Shown piece by piece: positions 38,273-47,693 of a stretch of DNA of 64,000 bases. Every line of letters starts with the position of its first letter. Positions within the stretch are counted from its first letter, which is position 1. Under the pieces are notes generated by a model. That model was not told the DNA's origin and did no database searches. It saw only the letters and a program-made list of their open reading frames with translations. A program made the position numbers and the translations under genes. Source of the DNA: Candidatus Nezhaarchaeales archaeon (GTDB lineage Archaea; Thermoproteota; Methanomethylicia; Nezhaarchaeales; WYZ-LMO8). The stretch lies in the NCBI GenBank assembly GCA_038887515.1, contig JAWAKK010000001.1, positions 96,001 through 160,000 on the forward strand. The letters are read 5' to 3'.

Positions 38273-38953
38273 TTATGCCAAAAAGTTGCAATGAGACTTT
38301 CCATCCAATTGTTCTATAAGCTCAATGGCTTCACGAACAAGTTGCTCGCTATATCCCTCATGCCCCGCCACTTTATCTAGGAACCGTCGATACTTAACTG
38401 AAAGTGATCTATCTAACAATTCAAGCAACTCTTCGTCTGTTATGGCTAAGAGCGCTTTCTCTCTAGCTACTTTTAACCGAGCAAAGTTTCGAACGGCATG
38501 ATGAAGACTTCTCAAATGATCTTTCGGGTCTTTAGCCCTCAAGGCATTTACGAGATTCTTAAACCCCCAATACCTAAGCTTCATTATCGTGAGTTCTGTA
38601 ACTTTTGGTCTGCTCTTAAACTTTATTTGTTCAAAAAAACCGTCGTCATAAACAGCTTGACCCTCTAGCCATATCATATGAGCTAGAGGATCGCCATTAA
38701 AGTACATCTCTAAGAATTGACCACTTGTGAGCACTCCTAGTTCAAGGCTACCGTCCACGTCTTTGAAATTCTCTACACTTACATCCTCAAGCCTGTCAAC
38801 TATTAACACGACATCAACATCGCTCGTTCCGGGCTTAAAATGCCCCTTTCTAACAGCTGATCCAAATACTATGACGCTTTTAACCTTAAGATTTTTCTCC
38901 TTAATCTTATCCATCACTTTATTAATGACCTTCTCTGCATCTTGAGAAATCAA
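38273..38953 (-). CDS. Minimal nucleotidyltransferase domain plus C-terminal helical (HEPN-like) domain
   Basis: VFGSAVR...SDVDVVLI (GS-DxD), followed by a helical C-terminal half. Confidence 0.75.
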   Translation of the reverse strand: MISQDAEKVINKVMDKIKEKNLKVKSVIVFGSAVRKGHFKPGTSDVDVVLIVDRLEDVSVENFKDVDGSLELGVLTSGQFLEMYFNGDPLAHMIWLEGQAVYDDGFFEQIKFKSRPKVTELTIMKLRYWGFKNLVNALRAKDPKDHLRSLHHAVRNFARLKVAREKALLAITDEELLELLDRSLSVKYRRFLDKVAGHEGYSEQLVREAIELIEQLDGKSHCNFLA

Positions 38954-39115
38954 TTTCCAACACCGGTAAAACCTATCTTCCCATTAGGAAGTAAATTAAA
39001 CCTTTAGTCGCTCCAAATATGATCGCAGTAGCATGCTAATTATATGCGTTTTTACTTTGCTTAAGCATGAGCGCTATAAAAACGTTTATCGAAAAGAGAT
39101 GTTCTTGTTTAAAAG

Positions 39116-40309
39116 GTGGGGTGTAAGGGAATAGTTGGGACATCATCAAGTAACTGTCTGGATAAAGCCGTGGAACTCCTCAAAAAGTTTTCAGATAGCC
39201 TGCCGCACATAGAAGCCTTATACATGTATGTCAATAAGGGATCGTTCAACATTCAATGTCTAGAAGAATTAGAAGCTAGGTGGCCCTCAATGGGTCTTAA
39301 GGCTTGGAGCGATGTAGAACGTGAAGCATCGAAGTACGAGCCTCAAATACTTGTTGGAGCGCTAAAGCATCAAATAGTAAAAGTTATAGAAGAAAGGTAT
39401 GGTGAACTTCTTTCGAGTGAAGTCTTCAAGAGAACTTCATTACTGAACTATGAGGAGCTTGCAGTAGTTGTAGCTTTTAGTAAGATGTGGGTTCAAGGCT
39501 TTAAGACCACTGATGAGGATGAACTATCAACAGCTCTTGAAGCCTGTCTAGGTATCCCAGGCGTAAAGGCAATTGAAATCTTGTGGAAAGTCGGTCTTGT
39601 TAATAGAGCTCATATACCTACAATCTCGAAATATAAGCCTAGGATTTACGTACCAGGTTACGTTAAACCAGTAATTGAAAAATACTCCCAATACTCTCTT
39701 CCACTTAAAGTAGAGATTAAGGCTTTACTTGAAAAAGCTTTAATTGAAGATCCTTTAAAAGTATGCGTGGCAGTATATGGAGTGGACCAGCTTATCGATG
39801 AATTAGTGCGATTGATGGTCGGTCTTCCTCTAAACTCCATAATGCATAAGTTCAACATCGAAGGCATTATGAGGGTCGGGAGGGTTTGTCCACTAATTGT
39901 TGATGACATTGAAAGGGCCTGGAGGCAGATTTTAGAGGATAAGTTCTCGGAGATCTTAAACCTGCTGTATAGAGCTTTCGAATCTTTAGGTTATACTTAT
40001 AGGACTACCTATGATGAGTCCATGAAACTTCCGGTAACATACGGCTATAGTAACGGCTTGCGGGTAGCGATGATATTAATGCCGGCAATATTACCATTAA
40101 ACCACGTTAGGAGTTTTAGCCCGGATGCAATTAAGGTAGTATTTACATCTAATCTAAATGCCCCACCCCGCGAAGCAATGGACTTTCTCAGACTTTCATC
40201 CATAGTGTACGTAGCAAATAGGGAGGCAACCATATACGGTAAAGAAGGTGTCGACTACTTGATGCAACTTCTCGAAGCAGGTGGCTTTAAAGTTGACGTT
40301 AAAACGTAA
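39116..40309 (+). CDS. Hypothetical protein (397 aa) overlapping rnhB
   Basis: Long open frame with typical composition; no family recognised. Confidence 0.75.
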   Translation: MGCKGIVGTSSSNCLDKAVELLKKFSDSLPHIEALYMYVNKGSFNIQCLEELEARWPSMGLKAWSDVEREASKYEPQILVGALKHQIVKVIEERYGELLSSEVFKRTSLLNYEELAVVVAFSKMWVQGFKTTDEDELSTALEACLGIPGVKAIEILWKVGLVNRAHIPTISKYKPRIYVPGYVKPVIEKYSQYSLPLKVEIKALLEKALIEDPLKVCVAVYGVDQLIDELVRLMVGLPLNSIMHKFNIEGIMRVGRVCPLIVDDIERAWRQILEDKFSEILNLLYRAFESLGYTYRTTYDESMKLPVTYGYSNGLRVAMILMPAILPLNHVRSFSPDAIKVVFTSNLNAPPREAMDFLRLSSIVYVANREATIYGKEGVDYLMQLLEAGGFKVDVKT

Positions 40310-40970
40310 TCGCGCTCTGTATGTAGGACTCGACGAGGCAGGTCGAGGTAGTTGTGTCGGACCACTAGTGGTATCATTAGTAGCAGTGGATGAAGAAAAT
40401 TTAGATAAGCTTACGAAGCTTGGAGTTAAGGATAGTAAGAAACTAACGTCCCGTAGAAGACTTGAGCTTTTTCCAGAAATATTATTGTCTTCTACTTACG
40501 TTGCCGTAAGGACTATCCAACCGCGAGAAATAGACATTTACAATATTAACGCCTTAACCATGAAGGCCATGTGCTCCCTAGTAAAGCCGATAACTAAACG
40601 TTACGCAATTAAGAGAGTTGTTGCGGACTGCGTTAACCCTGCGAGGAGACTCCAAAGGCTCATAAGGGGCTTACTACCTCCAAACGTCGAGGTACTGGTA
40701 GAAGAAGATGCTGACGATAAGTACACAGAATGTATGGCGGCTTCAATAATTGCCAAGGTGGTTAGAGACAACGAACTTCATAAGCTTAAAAACAAGCATG
40801 GAATTAAAGGTAGCGGATACTCCTCCGACCCAGAGACACTAGAGTGGTTAAAAGAGGTGTTGTCTCAAGGAGAGCTACCTATATGCGTTAGGAGATCCTG
40901 GAAGACCGTTAGAAGGCTCTATCCTGGCGTGACTCTCGATCGTTGGTTTGGACAAAACCAATGTGTTTAG
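40281..40970 (+). CDS. rnhB: Ribonuclease HII
   Basis: GLDEAGRG, DSKKL, AASIIAKV.RD, GSGY, RRSW and a PIP-like TLDRWF tail. Confidence 0.95.
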   Translation: MALKLTLKRNRALYVGLDEAGRGSCVGPLVVSLVAVDEENLDKLTKLGVKDSKKLTSRRRLELFPEILLSSTYVAVRTIQPREIDIYNINALTMKAMCSLVKPITKRYAIKRVVADCVNPARRLQRLIRGLLPPNVEVLVEEDADDKYTECMAASIIAKVVRDNELHKLKNKHGIKGSGYSSDPETLEWLKEVLSQGELPICVRRSWKTVRRLYPGVTLDRWFGQNQCV

Positions 40971-41310
40971 AAACTAGCTGTCTAGCTGTCTCTTCTATCT
41001 CCTTTTTAATATCATCACCTACGAACTTATCTTTATAATCTTGTGGTAGCAGATCCCATTCGTTATATAAGTATCGGAGGGGAGAGCTGAACGTCTCAAA
41101 TATCTTTCCCCAAACATACGTTACTCTATCTTTCGGTATTCCACATTCATCCACAAGCTTCTGGGCTACATCCCATGCTAGTTTCGCAATAGCAAAATAG
41201 TAGCCTTTAGCGTATTTTAGGAATGCTTGAAAGTCTGGCGAGTCAACTATTATGGGTTTAGCAGGTCTACTCATATTACAGCCCCCAAGAGACTTAACGC
41301 TGCAGAGCAT
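40909..41310 (-). CDS. Hypothetical protein (start probably ATG 41274)
   Basis: Fills the gap between rnhB and the JAMM gene; purine-rich SD and a TATA-like element upstream. Confidence 0.65.
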   Translation of the reverse strand: MLCSVKSLGGCNMSRPAKPIIVDSPDFQAFLKYAKGYYFAIAKLAWDVAQKLVDECGIPKDRVTYVWGKIFETFSSPLRYLYNEWDLLPQDYKDKFVGDDIKKEIEETARQLVSKHIGFVQTNDRESRQDRAF

Positions 41311-41374
41311 TTATATATAGAGAGCTCTGGGCATTGATGGTAACGTATAACCTAGTGGATCGTGGTGGCCCGTA

Positions 41375-41755
41375 TTGAAGGTTACGGAAGTAACCTTTCC
41401 AAGAGATCTATTTGAAGGGTTAGTTCAGCTGACAAAAGATAATCACCCTCATGAGATTTTTCTCCTCTTGAGAGGAAGGCTCGAGGACTGTAGGGCGCAA
41501 GTCGATGAACTAGTCTTCCCCCTAGGTACAACGTTTGGGTTAAGCTTCTCAAGCTTTCAGCCATATAATCTTCCCCTAGATACATCAATAATTGGTAACG
41601 TACATTCCCATCCATCAGGCATTTCAAAACCATCAATCCAAGATATGCATGCTTTCTACGGGATAGTAATGGTAATATTGGCCTATCCTTACGATTTAGC
41701 ATCATCATCGGCTTACGATAGATCAGGCAAAGCTATAAGGATAAAATTGATTTAG
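41375..41755 (+). CDS. JAMM/MPN+ metalloprotease
   Basis: E...HSHPSGISKPSIQD (E-HxH-x7-S-x2-D). Confidence 0.9.
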   Translation: MKVTEVTFPRDLFEGLVQLTKDNHPHEIFLLLRGRLEDCRAQVDELVFPLGTTFGLSFSSFQPYNLPLDTSIIGNVHSHPSGISKPSIQDMHAFYGIVMVILAYPYDLASSSAYDRSGKAIRIKLI

Positions 41756-41887
41756 TAAACTAAAGGTTTAGTCTTCTCGTCCAATGGTTTATCCAAGCTA
41801 TACTTTAAAGTTCAAGTACGAAGGAGCATAAACTTTTATTTTAATAATTCCAAAACATTTTATCTTTAAAATACTTAAAATACGTGA

Positions 41888-42310
41888 GTGGGCGGCTCTA
41901 TGTCGGGAGGAGTTGTTAGATTTGGAGTCTCCTTACCACCTGACGTAGCAAAGGAATTCGATGAAGTAATAAGTAAAATGGGTTATAAAAATAGGTCAAA
42001 AGCGATACTTGATGCTGTAAAGTCGTTTTTAGCAGAGCTTAAATGGACGACTGGAGGGAGCGAAAAAGTTGTCGGATCGCTCTCTTTCCTCTACGATCAC
42101 GAGGTTAAAGGACTTGAAGACTATCTAACTGATGTGGAGCACGAATTCAGGCATGTTATAACTGCAACGCTCCATATACATGTTGGCGATAAAATATGTC
42201 ATAAAATCATAGCTATAGAAGGGTCTGCGGAGGATATTAAAAAACTCGCCCTCAAGATAGCGTCAAAGAAAGGTGTAGAACAGTTAAAAGTCAATATAGC
42301 TACCCTCTAA
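41888..42310 (+). CDS. nikR: Nickel-responsive regulator NikR
   Basis: RFGVSLP...FD...GY.NRSKAI.D; YDH; H...LHIH...C. Confidence 0.9.
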   Translation: MGGSMSGGVVRFGVSLPPDVAKEFDEVISKMGYKNRSKAILDAVKSFLAELKWTTGGSEKVVGSLSFLYDHEVKGLEDYLTDVEHEFRHVITATLHIHVGDKICHKIIAIEGSAEDIKKLALKIASKKGVEQLKVNIATL

Positions 42311-42780
42311 GTCAAGTTAATTACTCCAAGGGTCCCCATGAAAACCATTAACATTGCTACTAGGGCGCCAACCACTATAGCTATAAAAGCCCTCTTAGGC
42401 TCAAGCCCCAGTGCGTGAGCAAGCAATGACCCCGTCCAAACACCGCTTCCAGGTATTGGAAAGGCCACAAATAACGTTAAGCCTACTAAGGCGTATCTTT
42501 TGATGTATCTCTCTCCCCTCTTCCTTATTTTAAGTATTAAGTTTTCATACGTTGACGCTATAATTCTACGTAATTGTCCGTCTCTTTCTAAAGCCCATCT
42601 TTCCAGGGTAGATAAGCCCCAAAGCAAAAGCGGCACTGGTAATATGTTGCCAATTATTGATATTGCGAGAACCTCGGGGGCCGAAAGTTTTGCGACTAGC
42701 ACACCGTAGGGTATCGACGCTCTAGTTTCGAGCACTGGCAGCAGGGCTAATATGAAGACTTTAAGTTCTTCAGGGACCAT
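42307..42780 (-). CDS. COG2426 small multi-drug export-type membrane protein
   Basis: LP..E.R.SIP.G, GN..PVP and FVAFPIPGSGVWTG motifs. Confidence 0.85.
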   Translation of the reverse strand: MVPEELKVFILALLPVLETRASIPYGVLVAKLSAPEVLAISIIGNILPVPLLLWGLSTLERWALERDGQLRRIIASTYENLILKIRKRGERYIKRYALVGLTLFVAFPIPGSGVWTGSLLAHALGLEPKRAFIAIVVGALVAMLMVFMGTLGVINLT

Positions 42781-43669
42781 CTCTGCAATTTATGTCTACC
42801 AAAGACATAAATCTTATCTAAGGAAGGAGTTTAATATAGAGGGATCAAAATTGTCTTCGACTTCTGTTTATGATATAGCAAGCAAGAAGGTAATAACGGC
42901 TTCACCAAGTGAAAGCCTTGCTGTAGTAAGGGATCTAATGATAAAGCACAACATTAGTAGAATCGTCATAGCTGAAGACTATCGGCCTATAGGTCTCGTA
43001 ACCAAGAAGGACATAGTTAAATTCCTTGCAGTTGACGATACGAACAGGAGCTTAATTGAAATACCTGTATCAGAGGTTATGAGCATGAACCTAGTTCTAG
43101 TGAGACCCGACATTGATGTCAGGACTGCAGCGAACATAATGCTAGACAACAACATAAGCTCTTTGCTTCTTGTTAGCGGTGAACGCATTACGGGAATTGT
43201 AACTAAAACGGATATCTGTCAGTACTACGTTGATCACTGTAGAGGGATTTTTAAGGTAAAAGATTTTATGACTAAGGACGTCGTACATGTTAAGCCTATG
43301 CATTCTCTGTTTAGAGTTATGAACCTCATGATCAAGCACAACATAAGCAGGATAGTAGTTTTAAGCGAGGATCATAAACCAATAGGAGTAGTCACGGTCA
43401 CAGACTTAACATTTTACATGTCAACTCTTAGACCAGTAAAGCATCCAACGTTTGAGGCTATCCCTTCATCCCTAATAATAACTGCCGAAGACGTTATGAC
43501 TAGGGACCCTATAACTATAAAAGAGAATGAAGACTTAATTGTGGCTCCTCAAATAATGCTGGACAAGAAGATAAGCGGGCTACCAGTTGTTGACGAAGAC
43601 GGAAGACTGAGCGGGATAATTACTAAAAGCGACGTAGTTAGAGCAATTGCCTGCTTTAGAGGCTCTTAA
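42752..43669 (+). CDS. Four-CBS-domain protein (start probably TTG 42851)
   Basis: Four repeats of M..hNIS.h.h...GhVT..D. Confidence 0.9.
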   Translation: MKTLSSSGTISAIYVYQRHKSYLRKEFNIEGSKLSSTSVYDIASKKVITASPSESLAVVRDLMIKHNISRIVIAEDYRPIGLVTKKDIVKFLAVDDTNRSLIEIPVSEVMSMNLVLVRPDIDVRTAANIMLDNNISSLLLVSGERITGIVTKTDICQYYVDHCRGIFKVKDFMTKDVVHVKPMHSLFRVMNLMIKHNISRIVVLSEDHKPIGVVTVTDLTFYMSTLRPVKHPTFEAIPSSLIITAEDVMTRDPITIKENEDLIVAPQIMLDKKISGLPVVDEDGRLSGIITKSDVVRAIACFRGS

Positions 43670-43671
43670 TT

Positions 43672-44916
43672 TTAAGTTACGCTTAAGCTCCACAATTCGT
43701 CGGCAAGCATCTTTAGGAAGACGCCTACGTCGGACACAACACCAACGGCATGGGCTGTACCGCGATCTAACAATTTAATTATCGTCGCTGGATTTATGTC
43801 TACACATACGACTTTAACTGTTGCCGGTAGCATGTTCCCTACGGCTATAGAGTGTAAGGTCGAAGCTAACATTAAAACCATGTCTACCCCTTTAAGGTGC
43901 TCTCTATAAGCTCTTTGAGCTTCTACGACGTCTGTTATTACATCAGGTAGAGGACCGTCATCCCTAATAGAACCTGCAAGAACGTAAGGGACACCCTTAA
44001 CTATACACTCATACATAATTCCCTTCTTTAAAATCCCCTTTTCAACCGCAGCTTTAAGTGACCCAGCTTTAATTATCTCGTTTATGGCAGCAAGGTGGTT
44101 TCTATGCCCTTTAGGAGTAGCTACTCCCTCATCAACTTTAATACCGAGACTTGTGCCGAAAAGGGCGTATTCGACGTCATGGACTGCAAGGGCGTTGCCA
44201 GCCAAGAGGACATCTACGTAACCAAGCCTTATGATTCTAGCTAGGGCGGAAGCACCGCCAGTATGAATTACCGCTGGACCTGCAACAACTGCTATCTTAC
44301 CTCCCTTACGCTTTATGGTATGCATATCTCTGGCTATGTGTCTTACAATAGATGTCGAGGGCTTTTCGGGGGAGACCTTACTACTCATGAATTCGAATAT
44401 CTTTAAACTTTCGCGAGGTCTTTCAGGAGGTCTTACCCTAATGCCACTCTCTCCAACAACTATTAGGTCTCCCTTCTTGATTTCCCTCAAAGGGATGCAG
44501 CGAGCTTTCTTAAATTGAGGGTCGACGACTATTACCTTATCCATCATAATGTCTTCGACCGGTATCCACGTCCCTTGATAAAATATCTCAGTAGGATAAT
44601 TAGTCGTCGAATAGAAGTTGTCCGGTGCAACACCATCCATAGGTGCAGGCTTTAGCTCGACATCCCTTGCCTCTACAGGGACTGCGCCAAGCCTATAAAG
44701 CTCCTTAAGTATTTCGTCTAGGTGCTCCTTGCTTTTCCCCTTGACAATAAGCTTAGCCCTACTATATTCATGCTTCCTTTTGCCGACCTTGAACTCAACG
44801 ATCTCGAAGTCCCCTTCAAGCTCCATAATTCTATCGAGTATCCTAGCTAAGATCATAGAGTCTATTAGGTGACCTTCAACTTGGACTTCTTCTACGTATT
44901 CGTTCTCGCGCGTCAT
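43672..44916 (-). CDS. TIGR00300-family protein (LOR/SDH-like; ArgZ/AgrE-type ornithine cyclodeaminase homolog)
   Basis: GHLIDS, FYSTTN, FEFMSS.VS.E, GPAVIHTG, GNALAVHD, LAGSIRDDGPLP and LHSIAVGN motifs. Confidence 0.88.
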   Translation of the reverse strand: MTRENEYVEEVQVEGHLIDSMILARILDRIMELEGDFEIVEFKVGKRKHEYSRAKLIVKGKSKEHLDEILKELYRLGAVPVEARDVELKPAPMDGVAPDNFYSTTNYPTEIFYQGTWIPVEDIMMDKVIVVDPQFKKARCIPLREIKKGDLIVVGESGIRVRPPERPRESLKIFEFMSSKVSPEKPSTSIVRHIARDMHTIKRKGGKIAVVAGPAVIHTGGASALARIIRLGYVDVLLAGNALAVHDVEYALFGTSLGIKVDEGVATPKGHRNHLAAINEIIKAGSLKAAVEKGILKKGIMYECIVKGVPYVLAGSIRDDGPLPDVITDVVEAQRAYREHLKGVDMVLMLASTLHSIAVGNMLPATVKVVCVDINPATIIKLLDRGTAHAVGVVSDVGVFLKMLADELWSLSVT

Positions 44917-45008
44917 GTACTTAACCTCAATTTTATGACTACCTGAATAGCAACCTCTAATCGTATAAAAATTAAAACCAAAAAGATTTATCGTAAAAAT
45001 AGAATTTT

Positions 45009-46133
45009 CTACATTGCTCCGTACTTTTCATTCCATTCTAAGTACTTTTTGATTAAATCCCAACCAACAGAAGGCTTCCTCTTGCTTATTACTTCGAGGA
45101 AATCCTTCATACAAGCCTCTCTTAATTCCCCACGAACTACGCCTTCGCAATCTTCTACAAGCTTAAATTGAACTTCTCTACAAACCTCTTCGATGTCATG
45201 AGCTGTATAGCCTTCAGTTTGCTGCGCCAGAAGCCCAACATCGACATCCTTGGCTAGTTTAAGGCCTTTCGTATAGTGCCTAAAAAGCTCGATCCTAGCC
45301 TTTAGGTCAGGCGGTGGAACATATATCCTCTTCTGGAACCTCCTTAGAAAGGCTTGATCTAGTAACCACGGTTTATTAGTTGCTCCTATAACGTATACGT
45401 AATGTCTCTTTCCTTTGCAGTGAAGCCCATCCATTTCTTTCAGTAATTGGCTCCTCATTCTAGCCTCTCCACCAACTTCATGACTAAAGATTCCTGTTAA
45501 GGCTTCGACTTCGTCTATAAAAATTATTGATGGCTTCTGTCTTGAAGCTTTTTTACGGGCGACTTCGAATGTTTTTGCAACGTTCTTTTCACTTTCTCCT
45601 AACCATTTCGACACTATGAGCGCTGGATCGACGTGAAATAGGTAAGCACCAAGTTCCGAAGCCAATGCTGCAACTATTAGTGTCTTACCACAACCAGGAG
45701 GTCCGAAGAGTAGTATCCCGGTAGGCCACCCTAGAGGTAACATTTCGGGTTCAACTTTAGTAGGAAGCACCACTGCTTTTCTTATCTCTTCTTTCACGTG
45801 GTCTAAACCTATGATGTCACTCCACGATATATTTGGCTCCTCTTTTAGTAACCCTTCACAGCGATCTGCATCTTCAGTTGAGTCTTCGCCAAGGGCTGGG
45901 ATAGATTCGAAAGATAGTCCACTTTGGAGCTGTTTAACCCTTTGCTGATACCTCATCGCCTTCTCTACATAGACTTTATTGAGTGGATAGTTTGGATATA
46001 AGCTAACAAGCTTAAGTAATATCTCAGCAGCTCGCGAGTAATCTTCTATTGCCCTGCTCTTCATGCCCTCCCTTTCGTAGTTCATAGCTCTTTCAGCGTA
46101 CTTAAGAGCAAGTTTTTCAAGTTCGCTGGCCAT
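45009..46133 (-). CDS. cdvC: Vps4-like AAA ATPase CdvC
   Basis: N-terminal MIT domain, LGWPTGILLFGPPGCGKT, FIDEVE, ATNKPW.LD and RRFQKRIY. Confidence 0.93.
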   Translation of the reverse strand: MASELEKLALKYAERAMNYEREGMKSRAIEDYSRAAEILLKLVSLYPNYPLNKVYVEKAMRYQQRVKQLQSGLSFESIPALGEDSTEDADRCEGLLKEEPNISWSDIIGLDHVKEEIRKAVVLPTKVEPEMLPLGWPTGILLFGPPGCGKTLIVAALASELGAYLFHVDPALIVSKWLGESEKNVAKTFEVARKKASRQKPSIIFIDEVEALTGIFSHEVGGEARMRSQLLKEMDGLHCKGKRHYVYVIGATNKPWLLDQAFLRRFQKRIYVPPPDLKARIELFRHYTKGLKLAKDVDVGLLAQQTEGYTAHDIEEVCREVQFKLVEDCEGVVRGELREACMKDFLEVISKRKPSVGWDLIKKYLEWNEKYGAM

Positions 46134-46218
46134 AGCTGATCCTCCTCCATCTATTCCTTAAGTAAACTAAGCGTATGGATTGTAAGGAAGAAAAAATTTC
46201 CTTATTAATTAAAAGACC

Positions 46219-46971
46219 TTAAGCAATCTTTATCTTACCTTGAGACGCTAGCCTTTCTATGGTTCTCCTAATCTCTTCGGGAGAGACCCTTAGATCCGTT
46301 GCACACTTACTTATCACCAGTTCCCCACCCTGTTTTCTTATGTAATCTAATAGTCTTTCTTCAAATGCATCTCCTCCAATTGATGTAGCGGCTGAAGTAA
46401 CAACAGGCAACTTCTCCATGGCTTGCGTCGGTAGTTCAGGCAGTTTTTCTCTTAATCTTTGTTCGGCCACTACTTCAGCTTCACGCAAAACTTTTAATGC
46501 TTCATCGCTAGCCACTACTTCAGCTTCCTTAGGCTCTCCAACGTCTATAAGTATGCTTCCAAGCATTTTGTTAACGTTATCTAGTTCCGAGGCAACCTCC
46601 GGTATTATGTTGGTTAGTTGTCCTCTTAGACCTTGAATTATCTTTATTACAGGGCCTAACTGGACTATGGCATCTCCAAGCTGTTCTATAGTCTCTAGTC
46701 TCAACACTACTTGCTCTATCGCTAAGCTACTTGTCATGACCGTCTTGATTAATTTCCTTAGCTCAGCGAGCTCGTTAGCGTAAAGGATCGCATGGAGGTC
46801 GTCGTTCCAAGCCTTAGCCACTGTGCAGGCGTTGAAAAGCTCCTTATCCCTTTCCTGCAACCTAGCCAGCAACTGTTGAAGTCTTCGGTGCTGGGCGTTG
46901 AGTACCTTAAGCGCTTGATATATCCTCTCCTTAAGGGTTGTCTTTCTTAATTGAGACCATATGCGGCGCAC
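46219..46971 (-). CDS. cdvB: ESCRT-III CdvB (Snf7 core plus C-terminal winged helix)
   Basis: RD.ELF...YANELAELRK...RLET; C-terminal LLDYIRKQGGEL...TIERLASQGKI. Confidence 0.9.
   Translation of the reverse strand: MRRIWSQLRKTTLKERIYQALKVLNAQHRRLQQLLARLQERDKELFNACTVAKAWNDDLHAILYANELAELRKLIKTVMTSSLAIEQVVLRLETIEQLGDAIVQLGPVIKIIQGLRGQLTNIIPEVASELDNVNKMLGSILIDVGEPKEAEVVASDEALKVLREAEVVAEQRLREKLPELPTQAMEKLPVVTSAATSIGGDAFEERLLDYIRKQGGELVISKCATDLRVSPEEIRRTIERLASQGKIKIA
46753..46785. repeat. 33-nt repeat copy 1 (partner at 48069-48101)
   Basis: tttccttagctcagcgagctcgttagcgtaaag; 32/33 identical to copy 2. Confidence 0.9.
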
Positions 46972-47010
46972 CTCGCTATCACCTCTTTCGCTGTCGCTCT
47001 AGTTACGCTG

Positions 47011-47682
47011 TCACTCTTTGATGTGTACAACTAAAGTCTTTGAAGTCTCTTCCTTGCTGGCCTTTGGAAGTGTAGGTGGTGTGGCGAGAAGCTTTTCAAG
47101 ATCGGTTACTGATACTTCTAAGTCCTTCTTTTCGCTTACTATCCTGTTCATACCTGTCTGTATCATGTTCATTATGGAGTTAAAGTACGCTTCATCGATT
47201 TCTCCTATCCTATAAGATATTTTAACGCTGGCTGAAGCCATCTGTAGTACTCTTATTTGCGAGTCAAGCTCTAAGATTCTCGCTTTTATTTTATCAATAA
47301 TCTCGGTTGCTCTACTCTTTAACTCCTTAAGCGTAACGTTGAATTGTGATTGGAAGTGCTCGTAGACCTCTTGAGGTACCTCCTTCTTCTCCAATAGTTC
47401 TTCGAGCGCCATGCTCTTTTTCCATGCCAATTCTAGCTCTTTTATCAGCTTACCAGCTTCAACCTTTAGCTCAGATAACACCTTTATTATGTCATTTTCA
47501 ACGGTCACGTATTCTGTAGAATAACTGTTGTACTCTCCGTCACCACGCTCGAGAACTACTGCCTTCACGTGGCTCAGCGTATCGCTTATGAATGCTGCAA
47601 TTTTACCCACCAGTCTACCATAGGGGTCTTTAACCTGCTTACTTATGTATCGGACGAAATCAGCAACCGTGAATTCAGCCAT
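47011..47682 (-). CDS. cdvA: Cell division protein CdvA
   Basis: N-terminal PRC-like VKDPYGR.VG, coiled coil, SY..GEIDE..F, C-terminal LVVHI; directly upstream of cdvB. Confidence 0.88.
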   Translation of the reverse strand: MAEFTVADFVRYISKQVKDPYGRLVGKIAAFISDTLSHVKAVVLERGDGEYNSYSTEYVTVENDIIKVLSELKVEAGKLIKELELAWKKSMALEELLEKKEVPQEVYEHFQSQFNVTLKELKSRATEIIDKIKARILELDSQIRVLQMASASVKISYRIGEIDEAYFNSIMNMIQTGMNRIVSEKKDLEVSVTDLEKLLATPPTLPKASKEETSKTLVVHIKE

Positions 47683-47693
47683 TATTTAACACC

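Noticed and set aside
41836-41883. TATTTTAA...TTAAAATA inverted repeat and tandem TTAAAATAC before nikR
   Set aside because: Low-complexity AT sequence; does not match the GTATGA-N16-TCATAC NikR operator
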